Source of the DNA: Lepidodermella squamata
Lineage: Eukaryota > Animalia > Gastrotricha
Assembly: GCA_047495785.1 (NCBI GenBank)
Contig: JBLDXI010000029.1
Location: 1,240,001-1,304,000 of the forward strand
Length of the DNA stretch: 64,000 bases
Direction of reading: 5' to 3'
Positions 35,719 to 47,498 of this stretch are shown here, piece after piece (the stretch's first letter is position 1; every line of letters starts with the position of its first letter). The notes under the pieces are model-generated. The model was not told the origin of the DNA and made no database searches. It saw nothing but the letters and a program-made list of their open reading frames with translations. The position numbers were made by a program, and so were the translations under genes.

Positions 35719-35965
35719 CAGTGTGCGACTTTCAGGGGGGATGGGGGGGATCATCCCCCCCAGCTCGGCCGGGCCAGACGACAAAAGGAGAATTTATCCC
35801 ACTGTTTTGTTAATTTTGAGAGGTTGTGGAGCATGTTTTAGTGGGAAATTTTCAAAATTTTCTCGCTTCGCTCGGTTATAAGTCAAAATGACCAGTCATT
35901 TTGGCAAATACAGCAAAAAAAATTTTTCCATCCCCGGCAGCTCCGGAATCGAAGATCGAACCCTG
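35719..35965. mobile_element. Short hAT-type MITE
   Basis: CAG...CTG termini with perfect 8-bp TSD CATACCGG (35711-35718, 35966-35973). Confidence 0.75.
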
Positions 35966-36734
35966 CATACCGGTCCTTTCGCGAGATTTAGTACATGAAC
36001 AAGCTTGAGCGTGCCGGTGCGAGTAGTTGTTGTTGATGATCCGGGCTTGCATAAATTTACGAGATGCAAGCCATTCGGTATGATTCAATATACCTAAATG
36101 ATAAGTGTCGATAATAGTAATGTAGGACCTAGAGGGAAGCCGAGGGATCACAGAGGACCTACTGCCAACGATGATGTTGCAGTCTGCTGCAATGTTCTTA
36201 GTGAAGTTGAATTGATGTAAAAAATATCTCATTAGATTCGGTGAGGTCAGGAAGCAATCGGAACCAGGTCAGCTCGTTCGTAGTCTACCTCAATAAACGG
36301 TTTTACAAAGAATTGCTGTATATGCAAAATATTTTGCATTTCGGGATCAGTGAAATAGAACTGGGAAGCGTGAATTATCTCAATTTTATTTATAGGTACC
36401 TAATAAACTGTAAATAAAAGGCAGACGTTTTTTATTTTCCCCTATCTGATAGATCAGAAGCGACATACTCGACGCGGAAGGTTAGAGTCTTTTTCAGAGC
36501 CTTAGAAGAAATAAGCATGGCCGTGCGGTCTGGTCGATGGGAAAGGTGCTGTTGGCTGCCAATAAACGGGGCTTGTTCGTTTGAGCTAAGAGCACTCATC
36601 GTCCTAGCCGCGAAATCAGGAACCACTAACTACAATTTATCTCTAGGCATTTTCAGGACTTTTAGAATCCCTGAAATATCATCATGCAGCATGTTTTCAT
36701 GTCAGTTGCCGCAGCCTCGTTCACTGTTGCTTCT

Positions 36735-37148
36735 TTATCGGCCACTATCACCTTGATCACCTTTCGCGCCTTTCATACCTTGCGGTCCTGTCGGTCCGAC
36801 GCGTCCGGGAATTCCGGGAAGTCCTACAGGTCCAGGCAACCCTTGATCCCCCTTCTCACCACGAAGGGAGGTATAGTTAGCACGAACGGCTCCCTTCTCT
36901 CCAGGGGGGCATACATAGTTAGCAAGTATGGCTTTCTGAAGTTGATCAAAAGAGATTTCAACGATCTGCCTGCGGCCATAACTTTGTAGCTCAATTAATT
37001 GAAATGTCAGATTTCTCGTATCAACTTGTCCTGCAGAAAAAAGTTTACTTTTATTACGTGATATTAACTAATGCCTACCTGCAACCTGCTGATCGACCAA
37101 AAACAACGTGAAAACAAGAAGACAAAAATAAATGGTTGAGCGCTGCAT
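36735..37148 (-). CDS. Peptide-collagen minigene copy 5 (exons 37148-37079, 37030-36735; 121 aa)
   Basis: Inverted paralogue of copy 4 with a 48-nt intron; [20 protein letters not shown]...[35 protein letters not shown]. Confidence 0.87.
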
Positions 37149-38129
37149 GTTTGTAGAGATAAAAATGAGAAATAATATCAGAAAATGTTCAAATGTTGCA
37201 TGCAACGTTTTGCGCAGGTTTTATATACAAATCCATGCCTAGAGCTCGACGGACAACCTTTTTCTATTTATAATCTATTTATACAATTCTAACGGTTGTG
37301 TGCGAAAACAGCAAGCGAATTAAGAGCCAATTGAGATGAGAGCAATGCGTAAAGAGAAGAACGACGAAAGAGCAATAATTAATGATAATCAAAAAATATT
37401 GTCGCGCGATCTTGACTTTTTGCTTTGAACAGACAATAGAGCCCTGTAACACTTTTAGCCTGACTCGACTTGCCGACTATGGATATGTTGTGTACTCGCC
37501 GAGTACACCAGTTGCCATATACTCGTAGTCGACCCGGCGAGCATGAAAATGTTGCGTAATCGACTTGACGAGACTCGGCCATACTCAACTCATTTTAAGA
37601 GATTGGCGAGGCCGAAACTACGGAATTTCAGTTTTTGTTCGGGTTTACTCAAAGTTCGAGATCGCTCAGATCTTTTGTTTTGCTGTCAATAGATTCCTCA
37701 ATCGAATTTCCCAGACGCAGAATCACGCGCAGAATCCGAATCTGTGGTTAGGATTGCTGCCGAAGTTCAACTGCCAAATGCCATTTGAAGTTCAACAAAG
37801 GTTCAGGTCACAGGTAATTTAAGGCGTTCAGGTGGTGAGAAGTATCACACTATATTTCGGTAGCGCCAATTTGCGCCACAGCCACCCGCGGCGCCGCGTG
37901 CTTGAGTGTGTGCAAACAAGGCAAACACCGCATTTTCTCGCCGTGGGATGTGGGATAACGCCCGCACTCCGGCAGTTTCAATTTGAGCCTTGAACTATTC
38001 CAAAATTCAATGAATGGTATTGACTTAAAGCGCATACTTTGACACGCTATCGATTTCCGAGAATTGAAATGAGAAATGGATAAAATAACACGTCTTTCCG
38101 GTTTCCGGGGTGTCTTTGTTAAAACACTG

Positions 38130-38640
38130 ATGAAACCATCGATGCGGTGAGTACCAGTGGTATATTAACCCCAAAATTCCAGAATTTCAGCATTAATAGT
38201 CAATTTTGCATCATTTTTAAACCCATTTTCGAACAAAGCTATGCTATCAACTGTAACAGCTGTAACAGTGGTAGCATTCGTGCATTCCAATTTTGCACGC
38301 GGAGCCACCTCAACTGGCTCCTAGTGTTTGCGCTTCAATCGGTCGCCAGTGGTATCAGCAGCTGGCGTCAAACAATTCAACAGCCGTGGTCGAATTCGTA
38401 AATTCATTGCCGACGCTCTGTTCATCAAACGACGCCGCAGAATATTTGCCAGTTCGAATGATGGCTGCCTACTACGACGCCAATAAGTTGGCGCAACCCG
38501 ACTGCACTGAGCCGACGTTCGATTCCTGCATGGTTTCCATTGGCGGCGATACCCTCAAGCGATGGCTGGAGTTTCGCTATCAAGCGCCAATTTATGTGTG
38601 CCAATTTATTTCTTACCAAAATCAATCTTTAATAGACTAA
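38130..38640 (+). pseudogene. Possible divergent C-type lectin domain gene with a frameshift near 38318
   Basis: INCNSC..AFQFC..LNW in one frame joins A..VCASIG..LASNNS..EFVNSL...DSCMV..RW...IYVCQ in another, fitting CTLD spacing; the canonical WIGL motif is absent; putative first exon 38130-38146 is weak. Confidence 0.4.
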
Positions 38641-39435
38641 CTTGACTCGCTCTTTGTAAATTCCCGGTATTATGAGCAAATTAAGGTGGCGATTGAGAAT
38701 TTTTTTATTCGTTGCGCCATATCTTACATTTTCTGGGCTGCGCCGCATCTGATTTGCCTTATTTTTCGTTACGCCCTTACTGTGCGCTTTCTTTTCTACA
38801 ACTCTCCCAAAAACTCGTAAATATAAAATCTTTTAATGTTGGTGAAATGCTGCGCGAAACAAATTGTTGTGAATTCGCGAAAGCGAAAGGCGGCTACTTT
38901 TGACGAAGACGCTCTCGTACCCGCATTAGACAGCCCGCCGAAAAACCCGCCTCGAAGAACAACTCGTCGTTCGGATATATTGCTCGCGGAATTTCACGAT
39001 GTCTGATTTCATGATGTCATGTGATTTCTGTCACAAAAGTTGTTATCCAAGTTGGTCTATCGTTTCAATAGAACCTTCGAGTTACGGCGATCTTGACAGC
39101 TTTTCCGGGGACTTTGTTCGCCATCTGCGAGTGAAGCGCTGTCATCGTTTTCGACTACAACCTCGACTACGACGACTACAACCGCTACAAGCGCGCTTTC
39201 TTCGACTTCGTTCGCTGACTTCGCTGAAATCGCCGCAACGTTACTAGTTACTATAATGGACTTGAACCGGCCCTTTCAGGGCCACTAGTGATTGCAGCAG
39301 TGTTTTATTCCTGGTGTTTCCGGAGTATGAAAATAAAGTTTATATGAGAGCGAGCCGCGGTAGATGGTGCGTTGATAGTGTTTAGCCATTTTATCAACAA
39401 CTTGAGCGCATGTTTGCGCATTGCGTAATCGCGTA

Positions 39436-39500
39436 ATTATTTCTATTCCTCCATAATATGAGCTAAAATTTAGCTCATATTATGGAGGAATAGAAATAAT
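39436..39500. repeat. Perfect palindrome, 32-bp arms with 1-nt loop
   Basis: ATTATTTCTATTCCTCCATAATATGAGCTAAA-A-TTTAGCTCATATTATGGAGGAATAGAAATAAT. Confidence 0.97.
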
Positions 39501-40054
39501 GGAGTCGGAACTGCGGGCGAGCCTTGGCTCGCGTTCTTACAATAGAGCGCGTTACGCAACCGCTGAGCATGAGGATGACAGAAAAATTGCCTGGTGGTTT
39601 AGGGTGTTATATCATTGAGATTAATGCTCTCTGTTGGTTTATTCTCTGTGAGACGCCTAGAATGCCGCAAGAATCCTTTGTTTTTTACATGACATTTTTT
39701 ATCACAGTTCTGCCTATTAAACGTCGATTTTAGCAGTCCGTGACAGTCAGATATCTCCGACAGTTCGGTGCGCACTATAAAAATGTTGAAAGTTGTCGGT
39801 TCCGGGTGTAGCAAGTCAAAAAAAGATGCTGCTTGAAAATGCGTCCGATTTCATTGCTAATGTATGAAGCTGCGTGGAGGCAGAGGAGTTTATCATGCGC
39901 TGTAGAACGGAAATTCTTAAGGGAGGATAGCGAACACGTTCATATGAAATTACAAAACCATAGGGGGTGGAATGGTGAAATGTTTAAAGCGAGCATTTCA
40001 CACTCCTTTCCAATCATTCAATCACTTTCCGAAAATTTTCATTCTCAACCTAGA

Positions 40055-42421
40055 ATGGTTTTATCGTTAATATTTTCGATATTCCTTACCACTTCGGTTA
40101 TGGATCAGACCGAATCTAGAAAGCCGTACCGCTTGCGATCACTCTACCACCTCCCATCGTCTATAAACATTGATGACAGGAAAAACTGTCGATGGGCATT
40201 CCAAACCGCTTACGATTTCGCGAACAACCGTTCTGATATTCTGCCCGACTATCACCTAGAATTCGAGCATCGTGACGAAGGACCTCAAAGCATGCTGGCA
40301 ACTTCTACAAGCATCAACTTCATGCGGTCGATGTTGGACTCGGCAGAGCCTGGGCTATACCTAGCCCCACTAACAATCGGCGTGTCGCAAACTCCAGGCT
40401 GCAAGAGTTGGGGGAGTGTTGCGTCCCATATGAACATGATCATGATAACTTGGGTTTGCTTCTCACCCAGTCAAGCTAACCGAAGAGATCTATATCCTAA
40501 CCTATGGCGTATCAGAGCTTCGTCTCAGCTAACGATAATGGCTCGACTGAGCTTCATAAAAGAATTCACACCATGGGAGAAAACTGCAGTTGTGTTCCCC
40601 GTCTCGGGGAGCTCCTTTGGATGGGAGGCAGCTAGTTTCACAGTATCGATGAATAACCAATTCGGCCTAGGGGTTCAAACGATAGAAGCGAGTTCAGACT
40701 TCAACGATGATTTCATGCAGATATTCATTAAAAAGGACATCCGAATAATTTCATTTGAAAATATAGACCCAGCCATTTCAATTGCTTTCCTGTGTCAGGC
40801 ACACAAAAACGGGATAAGGGGAGACAAATTTATGTTCTTGACATTTGTCAATGCTTACGTTGATCCTAACGTTGCTGCTAACAATCTGTACCCGAAGAAT
40901 TGTAATATTTCAATTTACAAGGAGCAAATGGAGCGAGTTTTGTATTTTGGTGCAACCGCTCAACTGCCTTTTGGCAATGACGGGATAAGCAAGGACTATC
41001 TAGGAAACACCATGTCTGAGTTTGAAACTTATCTCAAGACGAGCTATCCCATCGATATGAAAATGGCCGATTATCAACAGCGATTCACCTGCTACGATGC
41101 CGCCTTGCATTCTGTTGTCACACTGGCTGAGGCAGAGAAGCTTTTAAACAGCCGGAACTCAACTCTTAGGAACTTTAAGGAAGATCCACGAAATGTGATG
41201 CTCGCTGTTAATCAAAGTATTGGGAATATAAGGTTTAGGAATCAACAGCACGGATTCTTTCACTACTCAGAGCGAATGGAGATGGACTATGAAGCGCAAC
41301 TGGTCGCAACCTGGTCGCAGCAGACCGGACTTCGGGCGAGGTATGCCATATTCCTGGATGAAAACACTACGACGAGCAACGAAACTTCGTTATTCAAAAT
41401 ACGGGTGATAGCACCTTTCGCGCCGAACTTTTTGCCTAAAGATGCTGCGTTCGAAGAGCAAGTCGACGCCGGTGTTCCATTTTCAGCTTTTAGCTTCTTG
41501 ACAACAACAGCATGCCTGATTTTAGTCTGTCAAATCAGCGGTATTTCCTACATCCTTTCGCGGGATAAGACGAATCTATCGAGAAAAATTGATGAAATTC
41601 TTACAATGCTAAGCTTTTTGCTCTTGGCAGGAGGGTCGATTCTTCTCACAACTCCAACGAAGATGCGAAACACAGCTGTATGCGAGGCAACCATATTCCT
41701 CGCAGCTTTAGGCCTATCACTTCTCTACAGCTATCTTGTTTGCCGTTTGAGGTCTGCTTCCATAGTCTTGCGGCAAGATGTGTCCCGCAAACGTCGTGCC
41801 CCCGACCCTGCGAAGGAGGAGTTTTCATTCGGAATCAGAGTACTCCTTTTCGTTGTTCTGAATTTTGCCATTGTCGTTTCATGGTTGGCGTCTGATCCTT
41901 ACCGCGCAGTGCTTGCCAAACCGGAAAATTCCAGGTCCTACATTGCTGAAATCGACACTTATGTTGAATCGTATTCTATCACCTGCTCGTCAAATTTCTC
42001 AGGCGAATGGTCGGCATCTCTTTTAGCGTTGAATCTCGCCCTTCTTGGGCTGGGTGTGATTAACGTTGTTTCACTCAAGGGAAATCGATACTTGCCGCAT
42101 TTTCCGTTCGTAAAACGTTTAGCAGTGGCTATTGCTTTCTCCTCAACTTTATTTCTTGCCCTGACTGCTGTCGTCTTCATGTTGGATTCGGCTGCTGATC
42201 AAAATATTGCAGTCGCTGTAGGGCTGCAGATTCAGTCGGGCTTAGTCGCTATTTTGCTGTACGTTAAAGTCGAGAACGGGGCAGATGCCTCAGGTGACAT
42301 AACGCCCCGACTACCGTCGACGCCAATGCTGATGAGCAAATTCGACGCAGGGAGTCGAAAGCCCACTCATATCAGAATTTATGAAGTGAAAGGAAAAACG
42401 ACAGTGAGCGATAATTGTTAG
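40055..42421 (+). CDS. Class C GPCR, GABA-B-receptor-like, paralogue 3 (intronless, 788 aa)
   Basis: Collinear with the other paralogues; start set at CCTAGAATG 40055 where the signal peptide begins, not 39833. Confidence 0.9.
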   Translation: MVLSLIFSIFLTTSVMDQTESRKPYRLRSLYHLPSSINIDDRKNCRWAFQTAYDFANNRSDILPDYHLEFEHRDEGPQSMLATSTSINFMRSMLDSAEPGLYLAPLTIGVSQTPGCKSWGSVASHMNMIMITWVCFSPSQANRRDLYPNLWRIRASSQLTIMARLSFIKEFTPWEKTAVVFPVSGSSFGWEAASFTVSMNNQFGLGVQTIEASSDFNDDFMQIFIKKDIRIISFENIDPAISIAFLCQAHKNGIRGDKFMFLTFVNAYVDPNVAANNLYPKNCNISIYKEQMERVLYFGATAQLPFGNDGISKDYLGNTMSEFETYLKTSYPIDMKMADYQQRFTCYDAALHSVVTLAEAEKLLNSRNSTLRNFKEDPRNVMLAVNQSIGNIRFRNQQHGFFHYSERMEMDYEAQLVATWSQQTGLRARYAIFLDENTTTSNETSLFKIRVIAPFAPNFLPKDAAFEEQVDAGVPFSAFSFLTTTACLILVCQISGISYILSRDKTNLSRKIDEILTMLSFLLLAGGSILLTTPTKMRNTAVCEATIFLAALGLSLLYSYLVCRLRSASIVLRQDVSRKRRAPDPAKEEFSFGIRVLLFVVLNFAIVVSWLASDPYRAVLAKPENSRSYIAEIDTYVESYSITCSSNFSGEWSASLLALNLALLGLGVINVVSLKGNRYLPHFPFVKRLAVAIAFSSTLFLALTAVVFMLDSAADQNIAVAVGLQIQSGLVAILLYVKVENGADASGDITPRLPSTPMLMSKFDAGSRKPTHIRIYEVKGKTTVSDNC

Positions 42422-43729
42422 CGTACCTGTAAAACATGTGATTTCAATGATCAATAGCGATGTAAATTTATAGTTGCGATGATGTTTAATATGTTTGATA
42501 ACCAGTTTTTTAGATTATAATCTGCTTTAAGTATATGATTTCTATCACTCAAATTTGTTGTGCTTGGAAGTGACGAATAAACGTCGAAAAATATCTAAAA
42601 CGATCCGAAATTATCAGGAACGATCGTAATTAGCGATTAGGTATTTTTAGAAATAGTTCTTGACAGTGCCGCATGCCGAGTCATGTCCAAGCCCAATGAG
42701 AAGTGCATCGAATACAAGAATTTAAACTCAGAACCATCCAGAACATCTCCAGTAACAGGTTAGTGTTTTTCGATTTCCGAACAACTGTAGCTCAAATCCA
42801 AAAGGCCGCTATATATTGGAAGATTTCGAGTGCACGGTGGAATAGCCGAAAGGAACTAGCCTCGAACTATATTCTGGGTTTGTTCAACCACTGTTACCAC
42901 GGGATCAAATATCTTATGCTAGTGGCCTCATTTGGATTTGTGCACCGGTTGTTAACAGGAAACACTAGGTTTCCGTCAGTGAAAACCGAAATCATCGTTC
43001 TTCATGATGACCCGCGAGGTGTTTTTGTTACGCAATGAGGCTTGGACAGGGTAGAAGGCTAACCCAGAGATGATGATTCCAAATGATTTTTTGAAGTCGA
43101 CTTCCTACGAGTTTGACGAAATCACTCTTAGATTGACCGTAAATACCGAGGTATAAGGCGAAGATCAAAGGCCAAGCATTTCAGGTCATGGTCTGACGTC
43201 TGACACCCCTTGATGAGATTTGAGACTGATTTTGCACAGATTTCATTCCGGGAAGCATTTCATTTTTCTGAAAATTACCTGCGAAAGTAAACGAATATAG
43301 CGCCTTATAATTTGGTATTTACGGTATAAGTGTAAGTGATCATATTAGCTGTTATTTGCAGATACTATTCACTATTCGTGGTAAAACAGCGAAACAAATT
43401 TTTAATTTACAAAACATTTTCTGCAAAAACGGACAAATACATTTTCTATGCATTATCATTCCCAACTATGTACAATTTTAACTTCAAACCAATATGCAGT
43501 ATGATGACTTTCCTCAGCACAAAATAGACATATGATACTATATTAATAGCGGGTGCACATAGCAACTTGATTGTACCCGCCGGGTACACGCTGCTCATAT
43601 TTTTTATTGTAATTTGTAATTAGCGATAGGAATAAGAATAAAACCTACATTTACCAATGTAGTTTGCAAGCGAGTTAAATTAGAAAAAACAGGTATCCCC
43701 CTAACTGACGATGAGTGGCTAATGTTAAA

Positions 43730-44435
43730 TGTTACTAGCATTCGCGGACGATACTGCTTTATTATCGCAAGATTCGGTGAAAATGCAATTGATTATATAT
43801 ATTTTTGTTGAGGCGTGTGGACACTTGGGCTTGAAAATTAATGTTCCAAAAACCAAATTCATGAGAGTTAATAAAAATGACTGCAATTAACATGTACCTT
43901 TCTCCATCTACGGGCAGTACATTGAAGAAGTTGATGAATTCGTATATTTGGGAAGTGTTATCACGTCCGACGGCAGGTGTAAAGCTGATGTAAGGACTCG
44001 CTTAGAAAAAGGAAACAAGGCGTTTGGCGCTATGATGAAATATATTTTTGGCAATCGATTTTTGGCAACGATTAAGGAAAAAATGAAATGTTTAAAGTGC
44101 GTTGTGGATGCGACTATCATGCATGGCAGCGAAAGTTGGACGTTAACTTCTGATGATGCGAGGCGACTCGACGTCGGTTATATGCGATATTTGCGTAAAA
44201 TATGCGGCGTAACACTTAGGGACAGGATTCGCAATGAGGTCATTAGAAATATGTGTGGTTCAGAACAATTTACATTCGAAATTGCTAGGCGGCAACTTCG
44301 CTGGTACGGGCACGTCGCTCGCATGGACCCCGGAAGGCTGGCAAGCCAGATGCGGTACTGGCAGCCGCCAGATGATACTTGGAGTAGACCTCGAGGGCGA
44401 CCAAAATTAAGGTGGATTGATTGCTACCGGTCCTC
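43730..44435 (+). mobile_element. RTE-clade non-LTR retrotransposon 3' fragment
   Basis: LAFAD-like, INVPKTKFM, IEEVDEFVYLGSVI, LRWYGHVARM, RPRGRPKLRW motifs; upstream stops and frameshifts. Confidence 0.85.
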
Positions 44436-44929
44436 CTCCGACACTCGGTTCGCTTGGCGTGAACAAAATTTACATCACGCCCGGCGAATTGGGTACACCG
44501 GAGTGATTTTTATTTTATCATTTTTCCTTCTCATTTTTCTTCGTCTTTGTACACGTACTCAATTGTTATTGTAATGTTATTGTAATGAAGGAAAGATGAA
44601 ATAAAGAAAATGCTATGCTATGCTATGCTATGCAGACATGCAAAATTCAAGATGGCCAATCTGAATCTTTAACTTTTTTGAATTTTCGTCAGGTTAGGGG
44701 GCGATTTCTTGCCACTGAAACGTCCCGTTCGATTTTTTTTATTATCACAATTTTGTTTCTCTCTATTATTGCTGCGTAGCCCCTAGAGCTACGTACATGG
44801 GCATACACATATAATTAGCTAATACATTTTTTGTGTGTTCTACTATTTTTCTTTGCACAAGGAGTGCGCACATACTCGTCATGTAATTTTTTTTGCTAAT
44901 AAGCAATAAGTTTTTTTGCGGGTCGTATG

Positions 44930-45430
44930 TGCTTGCAGAAAGAAATCGCATACACCCGCCAGCTCACAAACTGATTTCTTTTTTCCTCGTATGTAATTTC
45001 TGATCAAAGAAGCCACTGAAAAAAATGGCCAACTTTGACGGGGCTCGAACCCTGTCCGCCTGTTGAACAGGCCAGTATAATAGCAACTGCACCATGTTGC
45101 CATCACATTTTTTTTATTACTCTAAACTGGCCGATAATTGGCTGCTAAAGCCATTCGTGTTTTCTGGGTCAAACGCGGGCATGAGTCATGATATTTGACC
45201 TAATTGCTGGCAAGCATCAGGGCATTTTTTGCCTTAAAACCTAATTTATAGGTCACACATTAAGCTTGACGGCTTAGCAAAGTCGATATAATTATCGATG
45301 TTTGTGAGAGCGTCAAGGGTTCGTCTCAACGTGCCGCCATCGCTTTTTTCGACGACTTGACGGAGCAAAAAGAAATTACATACGAGGAAAAAAGAAATCA
45401 GTTTGTGAGCTGGCGGGTGTATGCGATTCG
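44930..45430. repeat. Inverted-repeat element enclosing a tRNA-like segment (~45025-45102, -)
   Basis: AATCGCATACACCCGCCAGCTCACAAACTGATTTC..CCTCGTATGTAATTTC at ~44944-45000 is inverted at ~45372-45428; A-box TGGTGCAGTTG and B-box GGTTCGAGCCC lie between. Confidence 0.6.
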
Positions 45431-45663
45431 CTGTGTGCGTATGTTTTTCCTCGTATGCGTAAGAAAAAAAAATAGAAACGAGTTTGTGCGAGAACCTACA
45501 GCTTCGCAAAACGCACCCACTATGATAGTAATATGTCATTCATAAAAAAACCCTATTCAAAAAAAGTCGGCACGAAAAAGGCCTTTCTGCTGCTAATGCA
45601 GAGGCTTTAGTCACTGATGAACCAGGTGTACGGGAGGAGGGCCCTGAGGCTGCTATTGCCCAC

Positions 45664-47073
45664 TTGAGGGATTATCCTTCTGCTGACACGCGTTGTGCCG
45701 AAGACAAAACCAATACTGTGCTGATGGTCCAAAAACTGTCACAAAAAATTGTTACCACTCCCCAAGTCCACAATACGAGAAAGATGCAGCGTTTAGGCTC
45801 TTGGTCGCCAGTAGAGCAATGTAGAACCAGCCCTACCACACTAGAGAGCGTCGACAACGCAGATATACAGAGCCAATACCGCTTTAGTGGTAATATCTGC
45901 TCGGAGACAGGTATGATAGTGGATGAAGACACGGATTCCGACACCGAAAGTAGTCAGACCACAGCGTACAAAACAGTTCCACTGAAACGATCGTCGCAGA
46001 ACAGTCTCGGCTCCAACAGCTCCGACTTTTCGTCGAACAGCTCCTTTTCCCAAACCGGAAGGAAAAAGAAAAAGAGAGGCAAGAGAAACCAGGAACTCCC
46101 GGTTAGCAACATCCCCCAAAATCCAGCCGCAATAACAAAACGCATGATACGGGAAAAGTGCACGGTCATCATCGATGACTTCGAAGATCAGTTCCGTAGC
46201 CTAGAAAACTTTGAAGAACGATTGATTGGCATATGGCCAGAATGTTGTATTGCCCAATCATCGATTTTGCAGGGTGGTGGCGTCCGGATCGAGTTCACCT
46301 CCCCAGAAGCCGCCGAAAGTATCCTCGCCGAGTACCCACCGGGAGCGTTCGGCGAGCAAAGCACAATAAGTCGCTCCAAAAAATATTTCGAGTTATTTCC
46401 GGAAGAAGGAAATCACGCGCCACCGAAAACTGGTCGTCCCAAAACCAGCCACGAAGTCGCAATACTAGAACGAAGGGCCTGTCTTGTCACCAACCTTCAG
46501 CCCTACGTCTCCGCGGCAGAGCTTCTGCACGCCTTCGACCTTGAAGATTGCAGGAGACTCGACAGAAACGCAGGGCTGGATGTGTATGCTGCCGAATTTG
46601 CCTCATCTCGCAGGTTTATCCTGATATTCAAAAACGCGGAAAACGCAGCAAAGGTCCCAGCAGGAGAGCTTCGCTATAAGGCGAGGCTGCTCGAAGGCAA
46701 GATTATGCAGCCGAGGCCGGAATGCCCTCGCTGTAGCAAATGTCAAAGCTTCAAACATGCTCGTAAGAACTGTCGCTCAGCTTGGAAGTGCCCTCATTGT
46801 GCCGGGCCCCATCCATTCAACCATTGCCAGGTCAAACAGGATGAACAAAAGAGGCAGTGCGCTAACTGTAACTCGAATAGCCATGGTGCAGGCTGGAGGG
46901 GTTGCTCGAGTCTTCGAGAGGCACAAAACGTTGTCATTAATCGAGTCAGACTTGATGTGAAAAAGATTCTGAACCCAGACAATAACGCAGCACCTTTGAA
47001 TCAAACAGATAAACCAGCAAAGCAAGAACCGAAAAATCAACCAGGCGGCAACCGACCGCCTCAAAGGGGCTGA
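45664..47073 (+). mobile_element. Non-LTR ORF1 (gag-like) with three zinc knuckles; ORF2 absent
   Basis: CSKCQSFKHARKNC, CPHCAGPHPFNHC, CANCNSNSHGAGWRGC pattern of jockey/I-group ORF1; basic KKKKRGKR stretch. Confidence 0.85.
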
Positions 47074-47328
47074 AACTGCGATCAGCGGTAAGAAAATATT
47101 GAACTCTCATTTTCAAGTTTGAAAATGTTAATTGTTTTCAGATCTGAAAATTCGACTACTGAACCCTGAAATTTCAATTTTTGCTGCGTAGATAAATCGA
47201 TTCCTGCAACCCCGAACTTGGTAATAATTAGAAGCATGACCGATTTTTGTTCGAAGAATTGAATAAAATTCTATTTATTTTGCTGGCATGAAACGTGGCA
47301 TGAAAAGTGGCCTAGTCGGAAGCTGTAA

Positions 47329-47498
47329 TGTTACGTTCACAAACTGCTTCGGAGACGCGTCCGAAGTTTTAGCCTCCGAAGGTCTAGCCAAGGTCTACTT
47401 TTTCCGACTGGGATTAGGTCAAGCGTAAGCTGGCTGTAATTCTCCACCTTCTCCGTAACAAATTTGGTGAAATCTTCCCGCCAAACCTTCGTGTAACA
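47329..47498. mobile_element. Possible solo LTR
   Basis: TGTTAC...GTAACA ends; flanks GTAA/GTGA match 3 of 4. Confidence 0.3.

Larger units (their letters stand above)
33649..39432 (-). repeat. Right arm of the inverted segmental duplication, expanded by insertions
   Basis: See left arm 21972-25162. Confidence 0.85.

Noticed and set aside
38126-38160. Second hammerhead (CTGATGA..ACC..GGT)
   Set aside because: Lacks the GAAA core
21972-39432. Giant cargo-carrying transposon
   Set aside because: No TSD or recognisable termini at the outer ends and no matching transposase inside
39833-40054. 74-aa N-terminal extension of GPCR3
   Set aside because: The homologous upstream DNA of GPCR1 and GPCR4 contains stops; the signal peptide starts at 40055
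45025-45102. Functional tRNA gene (also 58147-58230)
   Set aside because: A/B boxes are present but I cannot fold a proper acceptor stem and cloverleaf
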